A program made the translations under genes and the position numbers. The notes below the pieces were generated by a model that saw only the letters and a list, made by a program, of their open reading frames with translations, was not told the origin of the DNA and did not search any database. A stretch of 19,254 nt of DNA from Opitutales bacterium. GTDB lineage: Bacteria; Verrucomicrobiota; Verrucomicrobiia; Opitutales; JABSRG01. Of the stretch, positions 15,641 through 19,254 are shown in pieces. Location: assembly GCA_049599475.1 (NCBI GenBank), contig JBMYOQ010000076.1:1-19254 (forward strand), in the 5' to 3' direction. The number at the start of each line of letters is the position of its first letter. Positions within the stretch are counted from its first letter, which is position 1.

Positions 15641-18600
15641 ATGAATACACTTTTACATCGACTACATAAATTGCGCGGGCTCTGTCTGCTTGCACTCACA
15701 TGTAAGGGTATCCTGCTTACGGCGAATACGAACTTACCTCGGTTTGAGCCCAGCGGTGCATCTTTTTTCGGCGAACTCAAAGGCGAGAAACAGGAGTTGA
15801 CGGACCCCAACGGACCGCGGGGCCTGACGTTTTACGAATCATCATTTGTCGTGCCTCAAATCTGGACCACAGGGGAGAGCGCCACACTCATAGATCATCC
15901 CTACAATACCAATCCCATTTATACGAAACTGAGCAGCGCTGATTTTTTCGACTTCGCGAACAACGTCGAATTAGCCGAGCGGGATGAGACCCGCGTCCCG
16001 CTTTTAGAGACCACCCATCACAATCTTGAGCTCTCAGGCCTACCGGTTGGAGACGAAGAGACGGTTTACATCAGCCTCTTTGGTTTCGAAATGGGATACG
16101 AAGGGACTCTCGGTCAATTCGACTACTACATCTCAGATCTAGGCAACGGCAACTACCAGGAAACTCGAGTTTACCAATACGGAACCGTAGAGTTGTTTAA
16201 TTACGACACAGCCTCAGAGTCCTTCAATCTGATTAGCTCCACCTATTCCGGAGCCCTGGTAATTCTCAATATTTTCTGGCCATCATCAGGAGAAATAGAC
16301 GACACCATCGTCTCACTGTCGATCACCGGACTCTTCGATTACTACTCCGGGGAGGACTCTTTTTTCTTCGATTTCGAGATCTATTCCCAATCTCCCATAG
16401 GAACTCCTTTAACCGGGACAGCGGGGACCTCTGAGGTGCGAGGATTCGATAACCCGGCCGTCATGCAATTTGACGAATCATACACGAGAACACAATCTCC
16501 GCCATATATCTGTGATATTGGCGACGCCACGATTCTACCAAATGCATACCATGAGATAAATTACAGCGTATTCGACGCGGATGGACTGGATTCAGACGTA
16601 ACAGTAACGACCTCGGTTTCGCCTCAGCCTGTGAATTACACCCAAAATTCCAGCGACCGATTCATAGGCATTATTCCAACCCCAGAAGAGCTTGGGCAAA
16701 CCTTCACGGTATCGATGATCGCAACGGACAGCGACAACATCACTTCCAACGCAACATTCGACATAACGGTGTCGGCATCAGCCGACACGGTAAGCGAGGT
16801 AACAGAGATCATCACCCAAGGCACGATCCCTCCTACAATCTCCATTGGCTCTCCGACCACCTTTACGGAAAACGGCAGCGCAGTTCTGGTAGACCCGTCG
16901 ATGTTTATATCGGATTCAGAAGATGACTTCGACGGCACGGGTACTCTTTCTGCCCAGATCGTAAGTGGTGCAGACACAGAGGATCGCCTTTACATCACCC
17001 CGAGCGGAAACCTTACGCAAAGTGGTCAGTTACTCAGCTATATGGGCATTCATGTCGCCACTCTGAACAAGAATATTGCGACAGGTAGTGAAGCCCTCAG
17101 CATGACATTTACAACGGGTCTCAACACCTCAAATTTTGATGGCTCAACCCCAACGTTCGCGTTTCCGAGTAATGTAGTCACCGCAATTGCCAATGCGATC
17201 ACCTTCGATACGACTTCTGACGACCCGGGTACAGGCAGAGTCGTCAGATTCACGGCTGCCGACGCTTCGGCCCTTTCAGATCAAGCGGATCAGAGCCTTA
17301 CAATAATCCCCGTGGATGACCCCCCAGTTTTCGACTCAATCCCGGATTTCACGGTCCAAGCGTTCGACACCATTTCGTTCTTCCCCACGCTCACGGACCC
17401 CGACTCCACAAGCTTCAATTTCACCCTAGACACCTCTTCCCTGGGCCTAGGAATGAACATAGATGCCACCACCGGAGAATTTCACTGGACCCCCACAGCA
17501 TCCGATGTTCCTGGACCTTACATCGTGACGGTCGGAGTAATCGATGATACATCGCTCTCTGATTCCACTCTGTTCACTATTAACGTCACAGATGTCAACG
17601 ATCCGCCAGAGCCCGAGGATGACGCCTTTGGCACCAACGAAAGCCAGGCGCTCACATTAAGTTTCAATGACCTCCTGAGCAACGATACCGACCCCGAGGG
17701 CGATGCCTTTACCATAACATTCGTCGACGGATTTTCGGCCTTAGGGGGTATCATCACGACGGATACAACCAACAAGCAAATCGTCTACGAAACTTCTAGT
17801 GTGCCCGACCTGTTCACCCTTGAAGGGGGCGATGTTCTTGTAGACTCCTTCGTCTATGAAGTGACCGACTCCGAAGGTGGCGAATCCCTCGCTTCCGTAT
17901 TTGTGACGATCAACGGAGAGGACAGCCCGCCCGTCATTTTCGGATTCGTGCCGACTGAGATTTTCGAATCTGAGACCTTCGAAACCCTCGTATCGGTAAG
18001 CGATTTCGACTCCACGGCCATCCCTGTTTTATCAGGAGATCTACCCAGATTCGCAGAGCTTCGCTTCGACCAAGTATTCAATGGAGAAGCCTTCTACGAT
18101 CTCATTTTTGCACCTGGACCCGATGACATCGGAACATACACCATCACCCTGACAGCCGAAAACAGTGATACGACTGAGACCACGAGCGAGTCCTACACAT
18201 TTGAAGTGGTCGATGGCTTTCAGCGCCCCTTCTCTATGGTGGTATCCGACTTCTTTGTTGCTGAAAACCAAACCCGCCTCGATATCCCGCTCTACGACTT
18301 GTTCGATGATCCAGACGGCAATGACTCCAGCCTCAGCTTCGATATCACCCGTAATATTAATCCCTTCATCTACGAGAGCATAGTATTCAACCAACAATCA
18401 GGAATCCTCACGCTGACCTTCAATGAAACGGTGCAAGGCTTCCTAGATCTAACGATTCGCGCAGTCGATACAGACGGGCTCTCGTCATCGGTTGATATTT
18501 TCATCGGAGTCCGCAACGACTTTTTCGGAGATATGCAGGCTCCCGCGGGTGCTTCCGCAAAACGCGTTTTCATGCCCGATACGATCGAGGCAGATATGGA

Positions 18601-19093
18601 CAGCGTAAAGAATATCGCGATTGCGCCTCTGGCGACAACTGCGAGCCGTTTCCCTACATACGAGTGGGACCCCACTGCGAGCACTTTGACTGTCGAGCCT
18701 ACCGCCACTCCGAGCCGCTCACTCCTGTCCACCACCTACTATCTTGAGAACGGCGATGTCGTTGAGCAGATGTTCCCAGTCACCTTCACTAGCGGCGAAA
18801 TTTTCAGCTCTGATGCAAGCGTGGGGGATAATTGGTTCTACTCGGAAGCACTCGGCCTCTACTACAGGTCCTTAGAATGGGCGTATCACCCCATCCTCGG
18901 CTGGCTATATGTCGACGCCACGTTCTCCGACAATATTTACTTCTACAGCGAAGACCACGGATGGATGTACACCTCGGAATCGGCATTCCCATACGTATAC
19001 GACACTCAGTCAAAAGTATGGAAATACCTCTACATCGACTCCGAATCCGCCTTCATTTACAATTTCGAAGAGAGCGCTTATTCGGCCTGGTAG
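15641..19093 (+). CDS. Large acidic surface protein / putative adhesin with cadherin-like and Ig-like repeats and a Trp/Tyr-rich C-terminal domain
   Basis: 1150 aa with an N-terminal basic/hydrophobic leader. Repeats include VDDPPVF, GMNIDATTGEFHWTP (He_PIG-like), VNDPPEPEDD...LLSNDTDPEGD and LFDDPDG. The last ~90 aa are aromatic-rich. Confidence 0.85.
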   Translation: MNTLLHRLHKLRGLCLLALTCKGILLTANTNLPRFEPSGASFFGELKGEKQELTDPNGPRGLTFYESSFVVPQIWTTGESATLIDHPYNTNPIYTKLSSADFFDFANNVELAERDETRVPLLETTHHNLELSGLPVGDEETVYISLFGFEMGYEGTLGQFDYYISDLGNGNYQETRVYQYGTVELFNYDTASESFNLISSTYSGALVILNIFWPSSGEIDDTIVSLSITGLFDYYSGEDSFFFDFEIYSQSPIGTPLTGTAGTSEVRGFDNPAVMQFDESYTRTQSPPYICDIGDATILPNAYHEINYSVFDADGLDSDVTVTTSVSPQPVNYTQNSSDRFIGIIPTPEELGQTFTVSMIATDSDNITSNATFDITVSASADTVSEVTEIITQGTIPPTISIGSPTTFTENGSAVLVDPSMFISDSEDDFDGTGTLSAQIVSGADTEDRLYITPSGNLTQSGQLLSYMGIHVATLNKNIATGSEALSMTFTTGLNTSNFDGSTPTFAFPSNVVTAIANAITFDTTSDDPGTGRVVRFTAADASALSDQADQSLTIIPVDDPPVFDSIPDFTVQAFDTISFFPTLTDPDSTSFNFTLDTSSLGLGMNIDATTGEFHWTPTASDVPGPYIVTVGVIDDTSLSDSTLFTINVTDVNDPPEPEDDAFGTNESQALTLSFNDLLSNDTDPEGDAFTITFVDGFSALGGIITTDTTNKQIVYETSSVPDLFTLEGGDVLVDSFVYEVTDSEGGESLASVFVTINGEDSPPVIFGFVPTEIFESETFETLVSVSDFDSTAIPVLSGDLPRFAELRFDQVFNGEAFYDLIFAPGPDDIGTYTITLTAENSDTTETTSESYTFEVVDGFQRPFSMVVSDFFVAENQTRLDIPLYDLFDDPDGNDSSLSFDITRNINPFIYESIVFNQQSGILTLTFNETVQGFLDLTIRAVDTDGLSSSVDIFIGVRNDFFGDMQAPAGASAKRVFMPDTIEADMDSVKNIAIAPLATTASRFPTYEWDPTASTLTVEPTATPSRSLLSTTYYLENGDVVEQMFPVTFTSGEIFSSDASVGDNWFYSEALGLYYRSLEWAYHPILGWLYVDATFSDNIYFYSEDHGWMYTSESAFPYVYDTQSKVWKYLYIDSESAFIYNFEESAYSAW

Positions 19094-19195
19094 CGCGGTC
19101 GAGCCCACACGACAAGCGCGGCTAAGGTCGAGTCATGCTCGCTCGGTGAGCGAGCGCGACCACAATAGAGATTTATCGAGTTTTGAGACAGCCTG
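19089..19195 (-). mobile_element. Partial inverted copy of the 3531-3679 element, overlapping the stop codon of the surface-protein gene
   Basis: The reverse complement aligns with 3531-3633 (about 10 differences in the first 95 bp, by eye). The TIR TTTTGAGACAGCCTG is at 19181-19195. Confidence 0.85.
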
Positions 19196-19214
19196 AGGTC
19201 GCTTGCCCTTATAC

Positions 19215-19254
19215 TTAGACTAATTCTCAAAAGTACATTCGTAAACCAAAGGTA
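19215..19254 (+). mobile_element. Left end of another TIR/REP element, truncated by the window edge
   Basis: TTAGACTAATTCTCAAAAGTACATTCGTAAACC matches the ends at 26-56 and 237-261. It is followed by AAAGGTA, the probable start of a GGTAG REP. Confidence 0.6.

Overview
This is a bacterial chromosomal window. Gene styles and the lack of Shine-Dalgarno motifs suggest Verrucomicrobiota (Opitutales-like), which is an inference. The left part has a nitronate-monooxygenase-family flavoenzyme and gdhA (both -), then an orphan ECF sigma factor (-) divergent from an acyl-CoA thioesterase (+). Two identical 22-bp near-palindromic operators sit between those two genes. The middle is a late flagellar cluster on the - strand (fliD - unknown lipoprotein - flgM - fliS - fliT/flgN-like) with two sigma28-like promoters. 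The right part, divergent from fliD, is a compact four-gene + strand unit: CHASE2 class III nucleotide cyclase, a secreted 1102-aa FecR-domain protein with a beta-helix-like tail, an outer-membrane beta-barrel, and a 1150-aa Ig/cadherin-repeat surface protein with a Trp/Tyr-rich C-terminal domain. This unit is the best candidate for a poorly described trans-envelope sensing system with cyclic-nucleotide output. Intergenic DNA repeatedly carries small composite elements in which GGTAG-type REP hairpins sit inside IS-like TCTCAAAA terminal repeats, and one copy has a 5-bp target duplication. No transposase, rRNA, tRNA or CRISPR array was seen.
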